The notes under the pieces: model-generated
Databases searched by the model: none
Told to the model about the DNA's origin: nothing
What the model saw: the letters and a program-made list of their open reading frames with translations, nothing else
Shown: positions 38,567-47,749 of the stretch, one piece after another
Layout of the letters: each line of letters starts with the position of its first letter
Position numbering within the stretch: the first letter of the stretch is position 1
Origin: an uncultured Candidatus Saccharibacteria bacterium
GTDB lineage: Bacteria; Patescibacteriota; Minisyncoccia; Phycocordibacterales; UBA9973
Direction of reading: 5' to 3'
Assembly: GCA_964553015.1 (NCBI GenBank)
Contig: CAZKJE010000002.1
Location: 14,175 to 78,174 of the forward strand
DNA: 64,000 bases
Position numbers and translations under genes: made by a program

Positions 38567-39070
38567 TTATTTTTTCTCTATTGTTATGGTTAAACCCTTC
38601 GGACCCTTTTTATAACTGTCTGAAACTTTGTAATCTTCGGTAATTAAATGCAATACTCTATCTAAGCGCTCCCTTAAAAATTTTTCATCCATATACTTCG
38701 CGCGTCCCGCGAGGAAAAGTTCTACTTTGATCCTATGGCCTTCCTTGATCCACCTGGATGCCGTTTTGGCTTTTAGTTCGAGGTCGTGATCTCCGGTGCC
38801 TATTTTTATCTGAATGGATTTCGTCTCGGTCTTGTTTGCTCCGGCTTTGGCCTTTTTTAATTTCTTTGCGGCTTCGTACTGATATTTGCCAAAATCCATT
38901 ATCTTGGCAACCGGCGGATTGCCGGTAGGACCAATCTCAATTAAGTCTAAACCCTTACTTTGCGCTAATTCCAAAGCATCTCTTATGCTTAAAACACCTA
39001 AATTTTTATTTTCACTATCCAGAACCCGAAGTTCCTTGGCCCGTATTTGGTTGTTTATTCGTTCGCGCAA
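38567..39070 (-). CDS. infC: translation initiation factor IF-3
   Basis: IF3 N and C domains. Forms the infC-rpmI-rplT operon. Confidence 0.9.
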   Translation of the reverse strand: MRERINNQIRAKELRVLDSENKNLGVLSIRDALELAQSKGLDLIEIGPTGNPPVAKIMDFGKYQYEAAKKLKKAKAGANKTETKSIQIKIGTGDHDLELKAKTASRWIKEGHRIKVELFLAGRAKYMDEKFLRERLDRVLHLITEDYKVSDSYKKGPKGLTITIEKK

Positions 39071-39145
39071 TTGATATTAGTAGCAAAATAGACTTATGAA
39101 ACTACAAGAAGGATAATAGCGTAACTAAACCATAAAGTCAATTTG

Positions 39146-39535
39146 TGGAGATGGGGGAAATTGAATCCCCGTGCAGAAGGTTTTTGCAAAGAAGTCTACA
39201 TGCGTAGCGCGCTTTTTGTTTTAAATTAAAAAATTATGAAACGCGCCAAATATTTTTTAACCGAGTTCTTTTGTTTTGCGAGAGCGTCAGAACAGGCGTT
39301 CAAGCTATCCCGATAATGTTATGCCTCGTCTTATATATCGGAAGTCTATAAGAGAGACACCACCTCAGGCTTACGCGAAAGATGGAGCGAAAGCGAGCGC
39401 ATTACCGAAGTAAGGCGAACGCATTGCTGTGAAAGCTGATTTTGCAATTAGCTGTTGAACGAATTTTTACGAGATTACGTTCATTCTCGGCATGCATCAA
39501 TAACAAATGGCCAACTGTCTATGCCTTGCATCCCC
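39146..39535 (-). ncRNA. ssrA: transfer-messenger RNA (tmRNA)
   Basis: 5' end GGGGAUGCAAGG...GCAUGCCGAG...CUCGUAAAAA shares the PK1-region strings with E. coli tmRNA. 3' tRNA-like end with T-arm GGGGA-UUCAAUU-UCCCC and acceptor CAUCUCC-A pairing with the 5' GGGGAUG. Lies next to smpB. Predicted tag ORF is GCA AAA ... GCG UAA. Confidence 0.75.
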
Positions 39536-39546
39536 ATATTTACTTT

Positions 39547-39993
39547 TCAACGTCCTTTAAAATCTCGGCGAATCTCGCGATCAGTGTCACGCTTTTTTAG
39601 AGTTTCGCGTTTATCAAATTTTTTCTTGCCTTTCACCAGGGCAATTTCCAATTTGATTTTCCTGCCTTTATTATACACTGAAATCGGCACTATTGTCAAA
39701 CTTTTATTCTTCTCGCTGCCTTGTAGCTCATTAATTTCTTTTTTGGTCAGCAAAAGTTTCCTATTGCGCAGAGGATCATAATCTTTTGGCGCATTTTTTG
39801 CCTGATATGGAGGTATGTTGGCATTGATCAGGTATGCTTCGCCGCCGCGTATAATTACAAAAGCCCCCTCGAGCGACATCTGACCCGTTCGTACAGCTTT
39901 TACTTCTGTTCCCAAAAGCTCAATACCGGTTTCGTGCTTTTCTAGGAATTCATAATTGAATCGCGCTTTGCGGTTTTCTGTATAACTAGCCAT
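39547..39993 (-). CDS. smpB: SsrA-binding protein SmpB
   Basis: 148 aa, typical SmpB sequence (GIELLGTEVK ... ). Confidence 0.9.
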   Translation of the reverse strand: MASYTENRKARFNYEFLEKHETGIELLGTEVKAVRTGQMSLEGAFVIIRGGEAYLINANIPPYQAKNAPKDYDPLRNRKLLLTKKEINELQGSEKNKSLTIVPISVYNKGRKIKLEIALVKGKKKFDKRETLKKRDTDREIRRDFKGR

Positions 39994-40129
39994 AGCTTTA
40001 TCTTAACATAACTTTTCTTTATTTTATGATGACTATGATTCTATGTGCTTAATTGATAGTAAATTTGACTCAAATTTTCTAAAGTGTATAATCTAGGTAT
40101 TATTTTTATAATTAAATCTTGAAAAAACT

Positions 40130-40642
40130 ATGAAAAATATAGAGAACGCGGGGCGTCTTTCCGAGGAAAAAGCTCAAAAGGAAGCCAAAGCAATTCAAGG
40201 TATGTCAGAGTTTAGGTCTTACGAGGAAGGCTACAAGAATCCAACAGCAGAACATTATGAAAAATCCTCAAAACATTTGGATAATCTAAAAGGGATAAGT
40301 TCTAAAGTTGCAGAGCTTTTTATAGAAGCAGCCGGACTAGGAAAGGATTTGAGAGATGAAATGGGTCCTGAAACACATAGGATATTTGAAATAGCCCAAA
40401 GAGATATTGTCCAACGCCTCAGATTAGAGGGTCTTTTTCTAAGATTGGGTAGTGAAGATCCAGAAGAAGAAAAAGAGAATATGGATTATATTCTTTCCAG
40501 ATGGGACAATGAGATTCGTTCAGATGAACGCATTAAGGATGTTTTCTTAGGGAAAGAGGAATTACTTAATAGGACAATAGAGTTTACTAAAAAGCACACC
40601 TTTCAACTTCTTGCTGGTATTAAGATAGAGATAGGAGAGTAA
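40130..40642 (+). CDS. hypothetical protein
   Basis: 170 aa, charged and helical, no recognisable motif. Confidence 0.55.
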   Translation: MKNIENAGRLSEEKAQKEAKAIQGMSEFRSYEEGYKNPTAEHYEKSSKHLDNLKGISSKVAELFIEAAGLGKDLRDEMGPETHRIFEIAQRDIVQRLRLEGLFLRLGSEDPEEEKENMDYILSRWDNEIRSDERIKDVFLGKEELLNRTIEFTKKHTFQLLAGIKIEIGE

Positions 40643-40716
40643 TATAAAAATTTTATAATTAAATCTCGCTTTTCGGTGTAATGAGACATAACTTTATATT
40701 AACATAGATTTTTATT

Positions 40717-40849
40717 CCCCTCTTGAGGGGTGGCTCGCGTGCAAGACGGGGTGGATAATTTACCTCACCCTGCTGCCCTCTCCTGTAAAGGGGAGGGGAA
40801 AATTCATCCACCTCCCTCCGACCCATGTCGGAGTACTCCTCAAGAGGAG
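40717..40849. repeat. GC-rich hairpin cluster / miniature element related to the CCCT-loop-AGGG family
   Basis: Bounded by CCCCTC-TT-GAGGGG (40717-40730) and CTCCTC-AA-GAGGAG (40836-40849). Internal hairpins include CCCTCTCC-TGTAAAG-GGGAGGG. About 55% GC in AT-rich intergenic DNA. Confidence 0.45.
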
Positions 40850-40926
40850 AATTTTTTACTCATATACTACTCTAATCCTATAAATAAGGGTTTTTTGACT
40901 TTGCTAGCAACAAAGTGTAAAAATGC

Positions 40927-40954
40927 TTGACAAAAAATGTAGATATGCTATGAT
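40927..40954 (+). promoter_or_regulatory. sigma70-like promoter TTGACA-16-TATGAT
   Basis: TTGACA at 40927-40932 and TATGAT at 40949-40954. Confidence 0.5.
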
Positions 40955-40960
40955 ATAAGC

Positions 40961-41250
40961 ATCTCATAGATTTTATTTGATTTAATATGAGGTCAAGAGA
41001 TTGTTTCGTATAGTCTCTTGCATATCCCTAAATCAAATGTAGTTTCTCAAAAACGATTAGCGAATTGAGAGATTTTCGCTAAAAACGCTTGAGAAATGAA
41101 GAGCTGAAATCTCTCTGGGTCTGGAGCGCTCGGGTTACCTTTAGCTCTTTGATCCATCTGTTGGTAAAAACCCGAACATCATCGCCGTCGGTTCGAAACA
41201 ACCCTCGGCACCCCACCCAAAGCTTCGGCCGCGGGTGGGTTTTTATTTTT
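40961..41250 (+). ncRNA. candidate structured ncRNA of unknown class (about 290 nt) with its own promoter and terminator
   Basis: Long imperfect inverted repeat at 40972-41045. Nested stems TTTCTCAA...[GCGAA-TTGAGAGATT-TTCGC]...TTGAGAAA. Terminal GC stem CCCACCC...GGGTGGG followed by TTTTTATTTTT. No ORF with a plausible start. Confidence 0.35.
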
Positions 41251-41301
41251 ATACTGAATTTTTTATTTCACATTTTGGGTTTTTTGTGCTATTATCTCAA
41301 A

Positions 41302-43230
41302 ATGGATTTAAATTTTCTTAACAATAAAACTGGCGACAAAGGGCGAAAGAAACTTCCGAAGCCGACGAAGTTCAGTGGGAATATTTTAGGCGCGATAATT
41401 TTTTTCATGCTCATCACTGCGCTTTACTTGGTGGTAGCAGGAGACCAAAAAACGGTTCCAGAAATTCCAATTTCCGACCTGGCGCAAAGCGTATCTGCGG
41501 GAGAGGTAAAAAATATTTTAGTTTCCGGAGACAAGCTCACCATCACGTACAAAAACGATCAAGTTAAGACATCCAAGAAAGAAGTGGGCTCGGCGCTGTC
41601 GCAGACACTTTTTAATTATGGGGTGCCGCCGGAAGCACTTGCGCAGACAGAAATAGAAATAAAAAACGAAAGTGGATTTGCGTACTGGCTCGTAAATATT
41701 CTGCCGTTTCTTCTGCCGGTAATTTTTATTCTGTTGTTTTTCTGGTATTTATCACGCCAGGTAAAAGGCGCAGGCATGCAGGCGTTTACTTTCGGACAAT
41801 CCAAGGCCCGCATCACAGATCCGAATGATAAAAATAATAAAGTTACTTTCAAAGACGTGGCCGGAGCCAAAGAAGCGAAGGAAGAATTGAAAGAGATTGT
41901 AGACTTTTTGAAAAGTCCGAAAAAATTTCTGGATATTGGCGCAAGGATTCCAAAAGGTGTAATGCTGACAGGAGCCCCGGGTACAGGAAAGACGCTGCTC
42001 GCTCGCGCTGTAGCAGGCGAGGCCTCCGTGCCGTTCTTTCATTTATCCGGCAGCGAATTCGTGGAAATGTTCGTTGGTGTCGGGGCTTCGCGTGTGCGTG
42101 ACCTATTTAAAATGGCTAAAAAAGCTGCACCGGCCATCATATTCGTGGATGAAATAGACGCTATCGGGCGCACGAGAGGGGGAGGCTTTGGCGGCGGGAA
42201 TGATGAACGCGAGCAAACCTTGAACCAGATTTTGGTGGAGATGGACGGCTTTGAACCGAACGATAAAGTGATAGTCATGGCGGCTACAAACAGGCCGGAC
42301 GTCCTCGATCCGGCGCTCATTCGCCCGGGACGTTTTGATAGAAAAGTAATGATAGATCTTCCGGATCGCGCTGACCGCGAAGAAATTTTAAAAATTCACG
42401 CTGTTAAAAAACCTCTCGCCGAAGATATAAATTTGAAATTAATTGCCGAACGTACACCTGGTTTTTCTGGCGCCGACCTGTATTCGCTCATGAACGAAGG
42501 TGCGATACTCGCCGCACGCGAGAACCGCAAGAAAGTTTTTCAATTTGATCTCATACGCGCGATAGAAAAAGTAATGCTCGGTCCTGAGAGGAAGAGCCAT
42601 TTGCTTTCCAAAAAAGAAAAAGAAATTACTGCGTACCATGAAGCGGGTCATGCGATCGTCGCATCAGTTTTACCTCACGCAGATCCCGTTCATAAAGTTT
42701 CTATCATCTCCCGCGGAAACGCCGGAGGATACACTTTGAAGCTTCCGCTTGAAGAAAGGCGATTGCAATCTAAAAAAGAATTTATAGATGACATTGCGAT
42801 GTCGCTCGGAGGATATGTGGCCGAGCAGATGATGTTCGGAGATATCACGACTGGTCCGTCAAGCGATTTGCAGGCAGCAACAAACATTGCGCGCGCCATG
42901 GTGACGCGCTGGGGCATGTCGGACATTATCGGACCGATAGCCTTGAACGATTCTCCCGGCCGTTCTATGTATGGAGGAGAAACAGTAGAAAAAGAATTTT
43001 CCGAAAGTGTTTCTACTAAAGTAGATGCTGAAGTTTCAAGAATAATTAGTGATGGGCTAAAGTCTGCGCAAATCGTAATTACCGAAAACAAAAAAGCCTT
43101 TGAGGCTATAGCACAAAAACTCATAGAAGTTGAAACCATAGAACAGGAGGAATATGAAAAAATTCTCATAGCGCACGGAATTATCTTAAAAAAGAAAGAA
43201 GTCATAGCTCCACCGGAAGGTACAAAGTAA
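41302..43230 (+). CDS. ftsH: ATP-dependent zinc metalloprotease FtsH
   Basis: Start refined to MDLNFLNNK. Two TM helices, AAA+ module (GPPGTGKT) and HEAGH zinc motif. Extended -10 TGCTATTAT lies 6 nt from the ATG. Confidence 0.9.
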   Translation: MDLNFLNNKTGDKGRKKLPKPTKFSGNILGAIIFFMLITALYLVVAGDQKTVPEIPISDLAQSVSAGEVKNILVSGDKLTITYKNDQVKTSKKEVGSALSQTLFNYGVPPEALAQTEIEIKNESGFAYWLVNILPFLLPVIFILLFFWYLSRQVKGAGMQAFTFGQSKARITDPNDKNNKVTFKDVAGAKEAKEELKEIVDFLKSPKKFLDIGARIPKGVMLTGAPGTGKTLLARAVAGEASVPFFHLSGSEFVEMFVGVGASRVRDLFKMAKKAAPAIIFVDEIDAIGRTRGGGFGGGNDEREQTLNQILVEMDGFEPNDKVIVMAATNRPDVLDPALIRPGRFDRKVMIDLPDRADREEILKIHAVKKPLAEDINLKLIAERTPGFSGADLYSLMNEGAILAARENRKKVFQFDLIRAIEKVMLGPERKSHLLSKKEKEITAYHEAGHAIVASVLPHADPVHKVSIISRGNAGGYTLKLPLEERRLQSKKEFIDDIAMSLGGYVAEQMMFGDITTGPSSDLQAATNIARAMVTRWGMSDIIGPIALNDSPGRSMYGGETVEKEFSESVSTKVDAEVSRIISDGLKSAQIVITENKKAFEAIAQKLIEVETIEQEEYEKILIAHGIILKKKEVIAPPEGTK

Positions 43231-43323
43231 AAACCAAAGCGCTTTTCTGACTGTTTATATTATATGCGAACTATGGTATGCTATACTAGTACTAACTATT
43301 TGTAAGTTCATAAATAAAAAGAA

Positions 43324-43998
43324 ATGGCGAGAAAACAAGATAAACAAAGCGTTTTGGCTATGCGCAAGAGAGGAATGAGCTACAGCCAGATCAAAGGGAA
43401 AATAAAAATAAGCAAAAGCACTTTGAGTGTCTGGCTTAAAGATTTACCACTCGATGAAAAACGGATAAGAGAATTAAGAGACAATAGCCCTATTCGTATT
43501 GAAAAATTCAGAAATACAATGCGAGCAAAAAAAGAGATGAGACTTTATGAGGTATATAAAAAAGTCGCAAATGATATTTGTGATCTCTCAAAAAGAGATT
43601 TATTTTTAACAGGCTTGTTCTTATATTGGGGAGAAGGCACGAAATCACAAAATTCTTTAGTTGCCCTCACAAATACAAATCCAGCCATGGTTAAGTTTTT
43701 CATACAATGGCTAAAATTGTTTGGAGTAAAAAGCAAAGATTTGAAAATTAAACTACATTTATACTCCGATATGAAAATTAAAGAAAGTCTTGATTTTTGG
43801 TCAAAAGAGCTTAATATTCCGATAAGCCAGTTTTATAAGCCGTATGTTAAGAAAAATACTCTCAAATCTATCTCGTATAAAAATGGCTTTGGAAAAGGAA
43901 CATGTAGTGTTATATTTGGGAGTAGAGATCTTTGGGAATATATAACAATGGGATTGAAATATATTTCTGAAATTAGTAATGAAAATTTCCGCCCCTAG
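43324..43998 (+). CDS. hypothetical protein with N-terminal helix-turn-helix
   Basis: N-terminus RKRGMSYSQIKGKIKISKSTLSVWLK is HTH-like. The C-terminal 150 aa are unassigned. The stop overlaps the tRNA 5' end. Confidence 0.55.
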   Translation: MARKQDKQSVLAMRKRGMSYSQIKGKIKISKSTLSVWLKDLPLDEKRIRELRDNSPIRIEKFRNTMRAKKEMRLYEVYKKVANDICDLSKRDLFLTGLFLYWGEGTKSQNSLVALTNTNPAMVKFFIQWLKLFGVKSKDLKIKLHLYSDMKIKESLDFWSKELNIPISQFYKPYVKKNTLKSISYKNGFGKGTCSVIFGSRDLWEYITMGLKYISEISNENFRP

Positions 43999-44061
43999 CT
44001 CAGTTGGTAGAGCAATCCGCTTATACCGGATCGGTCCTTGGTTCGAGTCCAAGGGGGCGGA
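43989..44061 (+). tRNA. tRNA-Ile with anticodon UAU
   Basis: 73-nt cloverleaf. Acceptor CCGCCCC/GGGGCGG, D-arm GCTC-AGTTGGTA-GAGC, anticodon arm ATCCG-CTTATAC-CGGAT with U33 and A37, variable loop CGGTC, T-arm CTTGG-TTCGAGT-CCAAG, discriminator A. CCA is not encoded. Confidence 0.75.
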
Positions 44062-44063
44062 CA

Positions 44064-44624
44064 ATGAAAGATAATTTGAACGAAAAATTAATTTCTGTTC
44101 CCCAACCACCCGTATTCCATACCTCAAGCCGTTTTTTATACGACGAATGGGTGCGCCTGAGTAAGCGTCTGGAAATAGAAGAGTTAAACGAAGAGGAGCG
44201 TGTTATAATAGAACAAAAGAGATCTGCGCTATTTAAAGAATATGAAGTTGCGTCTAATCGTGAGCAAGCCGAACCCGAAGCCATAGGCTTAGAATTTCTA
44301 GAAAACTTGAAATACGCTATTAAACAGAAAGACAAAGCTTTGTTACGAAAAACAATCCTTATGATTCAAGAGTTTGTTAATCGCCCTAACTTTTATAAAG
44401 ATTTAGATTTTATCAGATTTGCTGATGATGAATTAGATAAGATTTTAAATAATCGAATTGCCGCTATTATTGTCGGATCAGGTACTTATGGTCAAAGAAT
44501 TTTGATTTCTTCCAGCCGCTTGCGCATGAGCGGAGATAGACACGGACAGGAGTATAGAAACCGTTTTGCTAAACTTTTCGGTCTCAAATTCGATCCTAAC
44601 ATTGATTTAAGTATTGAATTTTAA
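44064..44624 (+). CDS. hypothetical protein
   Basis: Start refined to MKDNLNEKL, immediately after the tRNA. No motif recognised. Confidence 0.5.
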   Translation: MKDNLNEKLISVPQPPVFHTSSRFLYDEWVRLSKRLEIEELNEEERVIIEQKRSALFKEYEVASNREQAEPEAIGLEFLENLKYAIKQKDKALLRKTILMIQEFVNRPNFYKDLDFIRFADDELDKILNNRIAAIIVGSGTYGQRILISSSRLRMSGDRHGQEYRNRFAKLFGLKFDPNIDLSIEF

Positions 44625-44829
44625 ATCTAATCCAGCTTATAGATACTCGGTTTCTGGAAGTCGCTCTTGTGTTCTCTTTTTCGGTGTTTTCTTTTGCGAA
44701 ATTTGCAAAAAAATGGCGGTTATCCACTTGCTATGGGTGTGTAAAATGGATTATTATTATAGTCCAACCAAGCTGAACAAAAATTATCTAAAATGTTCAC
44801 TTTTAATCCAAAAATAATTTAAAAAACTC

Positions 44830-47124
44830 ATGAAACCAACTGCAAAAATTTCAAAAAGCGAATTAGCAAAAATAAAAACTATCCGAAGGAGAACCGGAGA
44901 AGTGGTTCCGTTTGATCTCGACAGGGTAGCCCGCGCTACATTCAAGGCTTTTGAAGTTACCAGAGAGGGGGGAGAAAAGGAATCGGAAAAAGTTGCTACG
45001 AATGTTTTCAAAATGCTGCTTGACCTTCGGGAAGGCCTTTTGAAATCAAACAAGAGCGCAAAATTTCTGCCGACCGTGGAACTTGTGCAGGATTTTGTTG
45101 AAAAAGAATTGATGAAAGACGGGTTTACGGATACCGCGAAAAAATATATTTTATACCGAAACAAGCGTTCAGAGCTTCGCGCTACTTTCGGGCCGGTGTC
45201 AGAAGCAGTCCGCACCGCGGTTGAAGAATCCAGTAAATATTTCGGAAGCGCGTACTCTGAATATATTTTCTATCAATTTTATTCGCGCTGGGTGCCGGAG
45301 CTTGGCCGCCGCGAGACATGGATAGAAACTGTTGATCGCTACATGGCTTACATGAAAGAAAATCTGGCAAATAAACTTACCGCAAAAGAATATTCAGATG
45401 TGAGACAAGCTATCTTAAATCAGGATATTTGTCCTTCCATGAGGCTTCTCTGGTCTGCGGGCAAGGCCTGCAGACAATCGAACGTCTGGGCATACAACTG
45501 TTCCTACATCGCGCCTACGTGTCCGCAAGATCTAGGAGAGATAATGTATGTTTCAATGTGCGGAGCAGGCTTGGGGTTTGCCGTTGAATGGGAAAATGTT
45601 CAGCAGTTTCCGCAAATCCAAAAGCAAACAAATGAAAAGCCGATCACTCACGTAGTTATAGACAGCAAAGAAGGCTGGGCAGATGCTTTTGTTCTCGGGC
45701 TAACATCTTGGTTTGACGGCAAGGATGCAAAATTTGATTATTCGGGGATCAGGCCGGCCGGCGCACGACTGGAAACAGCAGGCGGTAAAGCATCCGGACC
45801 GCAGCCGCTGATGGATCTAATGGAGTTTGCAAAAAGAAAAATTTTAGCAAAACAGGGACGCAGACTTTCAAACATAGACATGCATGACATCATCTGCCAG
45901 ATCGGCATGATCGTCGTAGCCGGCGGAGTTCGCCGAAGCGCCCTCATCTCCTTGTCAGAACTGGAGGACACAGAGATGCGCGACGCAAAGAAGGGACAAT
46001 TTTATCTGACCGAAGGTCAGCGCAGCATGGCAAACAATTCTGCGGTGTACAACGCAAAGCCGGGAGCAGAAGAATTTCTTGATGAATGGACTTCTCTTGT
46101 AAAATCAAAATCCGGCGAACGCGGAATTTTCAATCGCGCGGGGCTGGAAAAACAAGTGCCGGCTCGCAGATGGGCAGCGATCAAAAATGAAAGACAGATG
46201 GGATTAAATCCTTGCGGAGAAATTTATCTTCGTTCAAAACAATTTTGTAATTTGACCAGCATTGTAATCCGTCCGAAGGACACCGCGGAAACTCTGAAGA
46301 GAAAAATGGAGCTGGCGACACTTCTCGGAACGTATCAGTCCACCCTTACCAATTTCGGATATCTTTCAAAGAAGTGGAAAGAGAACTGCGAAGAAGAAAG
46401 ATTGCTCGGCGTATCGCTCACTGGCTACTATGACAATCCTCTTATACGAACCGATAAAGTTTTGGATATGTTAAAAAAGGATTCAGTAGAAACAAATAAA
46501 AAATATGCAAAACGCTTTGGCATAAATCCTTCTACGGCTATCACCTGCGTAAAACCTCATGGAAATTCCGGGCAGCTCCTCGGCGTCGGCTCCGGCATGC
46601 ACCCTTGGTTTGCTCCTTATTTCATCCGCCGTGTGCGCATTTCTCACACTGATACTCTTTTAAAGATGGCCCGAGATCAGGGAGTGCCATGTGTCCCAGA
46701 AGTAGGACAGGCAGAAGGAAGCGCCACTACGTATGTACTCGAATTTCCAGTCAAGGCGCCGCAGGGAGCAATATTCAAAGATGAAGTTTCCGCTCTTGAT
46801 CTCATGAAAGAATGGAAGAGGCTAAAAGAGCATTTTGTGGAGCACAATCCTTCGGCTACCATATATGTCGGCCCTGACGAATGGATCGCCGTAGGAAACT
46901 TTGTCTACGAAAATTGGGACTGGATCGGCGGACTTTCCTTTCTTCCTCGCTCGGAACACGTGTATCAGCTCGCTCCATACGAGCCCATAACAAAAGAACA
47001 GTACGAACGCCGCACAAGGGCAATCGGCAAGATTGACTTCTCAAAACTTTCTCAATATGAGGCGCAGGATAATACTACCGGCGCCAAAGAATTCGCGTGC
47101 GTTTCAGGCGTCTGTGAAATATAA
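44830..47124 (+). CDS. nrdJ: class II (adenosylcobalamin-dependent) ribonucleotide reductase, NrdJ-like, with N-terminal ATP-cone
   Basis: ATP-cone (KTIRRRTGEVVPFD). Active-site NPCGEI and Cys-containing loop FCNLTS. C-terminal CVSGVCEI cysteine pair. Confidence 0.7.
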   Translation: MKPTAKISKSELAKIKTIRRRTGEVVPFDLDRVARATFKAFEVTREGGEKESEKVATNVFKMLLDLREGLLKSNKSAKFLPTVELVQDFVEKELMKDGFTDTAKKYILYRNKRSELRATFGPVSEAVRTAVEESSKYFGSAYSEYIFYQFYSRWVPELGRRETWIETVDRYMAYMKENLANKLTAKEYSDVRQAILNQDICPSMRLLWSAGKACRQSNVWAYNCSYIAPTCPQDLGEIMYVSMCGAGLGFAVEWENVQQFPQIQKQTNEKPITHVVIDSKEGWADAFVLGLTSWFDGKDAKFDYSGIRPAGARLETAGGKASGPQPLMDLMEFAKRKILAKQGRRLSNIDMHDIICQIGMIVVAGGVRRSALISLSELEDTEMRDAKKGQFYLTEGQRSMANNSAVYNAKPGAEEFLDEWTSLVKSKSGERGIFNRAGLEKQVPARRWAAIKNERQMGLNPCGEIYLRSKQFCNLTSIVIRPKDTAETLKRKMELATLLGTYQSTLTNFGYLSKKWKENCEEERLLGVSLTGYYDNPLIRTDKVLDMLKKDSVETNKKYAKRFGINPSTAITCVKPHGNSGQLLGVGSGMHPWFAPYFIRRVRISHTDTLLKMARDQGVPCVPEVGQAEGSATTYVLEFPVKAPQGAIFKDEVSALDLMKEWKRLKEHFVEHNPSATIYVGPDEWIAVGNFVYENWDWIGGLSFLPRSEHVYQLAPYEPITKEQYERRTRAIGKIDFSKLSQYEAQDNTTGAKEFACVSGVCEI

Positions 47125-47157
47125 GCGCGAAATAGGAAAGCTCTAAAATAAAAGTTT

Positions 47158-47715
47158 ATGCTTTATACCAGAAAAGGGGATGGAGGCACGACCAAGACTT
47201 TTGGATGCGATCAGCGCATTTCAAAAAGCTCTTTGGTGGCGGAAGCACTCGGTTCGCTGGATGAGACTAATTCTTTTTTAGGCATTGCGCGAGCTAAAAC
47301 TGAAGGCTTGAGTTTTAAAGTTGGAACAGGGGAAATAAAATTTTCAGAACTGATTTTAGAAACCCAGCAGAATTTATTTATCGTGCAGGCAGAAGTCGCA
47401 GGTTCTACTCTTTTCATCACGCAGGATAAAATAACTCGAGTTGAAAATATAGTTGATGAAATAGAAAAAGTTCTACCGCCGATTAAAAGTTTCTTCATCA
47501 GCGGGGCGACAGAGCTAGGTGGAATTTTTGATTTCGCGCGAACGCTTTCAAGGCGGGCGGAGAGGAGAGTAGTCGCCGCCAAAGAAGAAGGTAAAATAAC
47601 TGTGAGCGCAGAAACAATGTCTTATTTAAACAGACTTTCAAGTTTACTGTATGCTCTAGCAAGAATCTCAAGCCACATTGAGGGCGTAGAAGAAGTAAAA
47701 CCAGAATATAAATAA
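47158..47715 (+). CDS. ATP:cob(I)alamin adenosyltransferase, PduO type
   Basis: N-terminal YTRKGDGGTTK, matching the PduO/MMAB motif. 185 aa. Confidence 0.8.
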   Translation: MLYTRKGDGGTTKTFGCDQRISKSSLVAEALGSLDETNSFLGIARAKTEGLSFKVGTGEIKFSELILETQQNLFIVQAEVAGSTLFITQDKITRVENIVDEIEKVLPPIKSFFISGATELGGIFDFARTLSRRAERRVVAAKEEGKITVSAETMSYLNRLSSLLYALARISSHIEGVEEVKPEYK

Positions 47716-47749
47716 CACTATATTTTGACGGCCGTCTAAAAGTGACGCT

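Noticed and set aside
40730-40930. 66-aa ORF (MARVQDGVDNLPHPAAL...) overlapping the GC-rich hairpin cluster.
   Set aside because: The reading frame is produced by GC-rich palindromes. GTG start with no promoter or SD, and Pro/Gly-rich nonsense composition.
43324-43998. LAGLIDADG homing endonuclease for the HTH protein (LTGLFLYWGEG resembles the motif).
   Set aside because: The acidic catalytic residues and the spacing of the LAGLIDADG consensus are not satisfied, and there is only one motif-like segment. Left as a hypothetical HTH protein.
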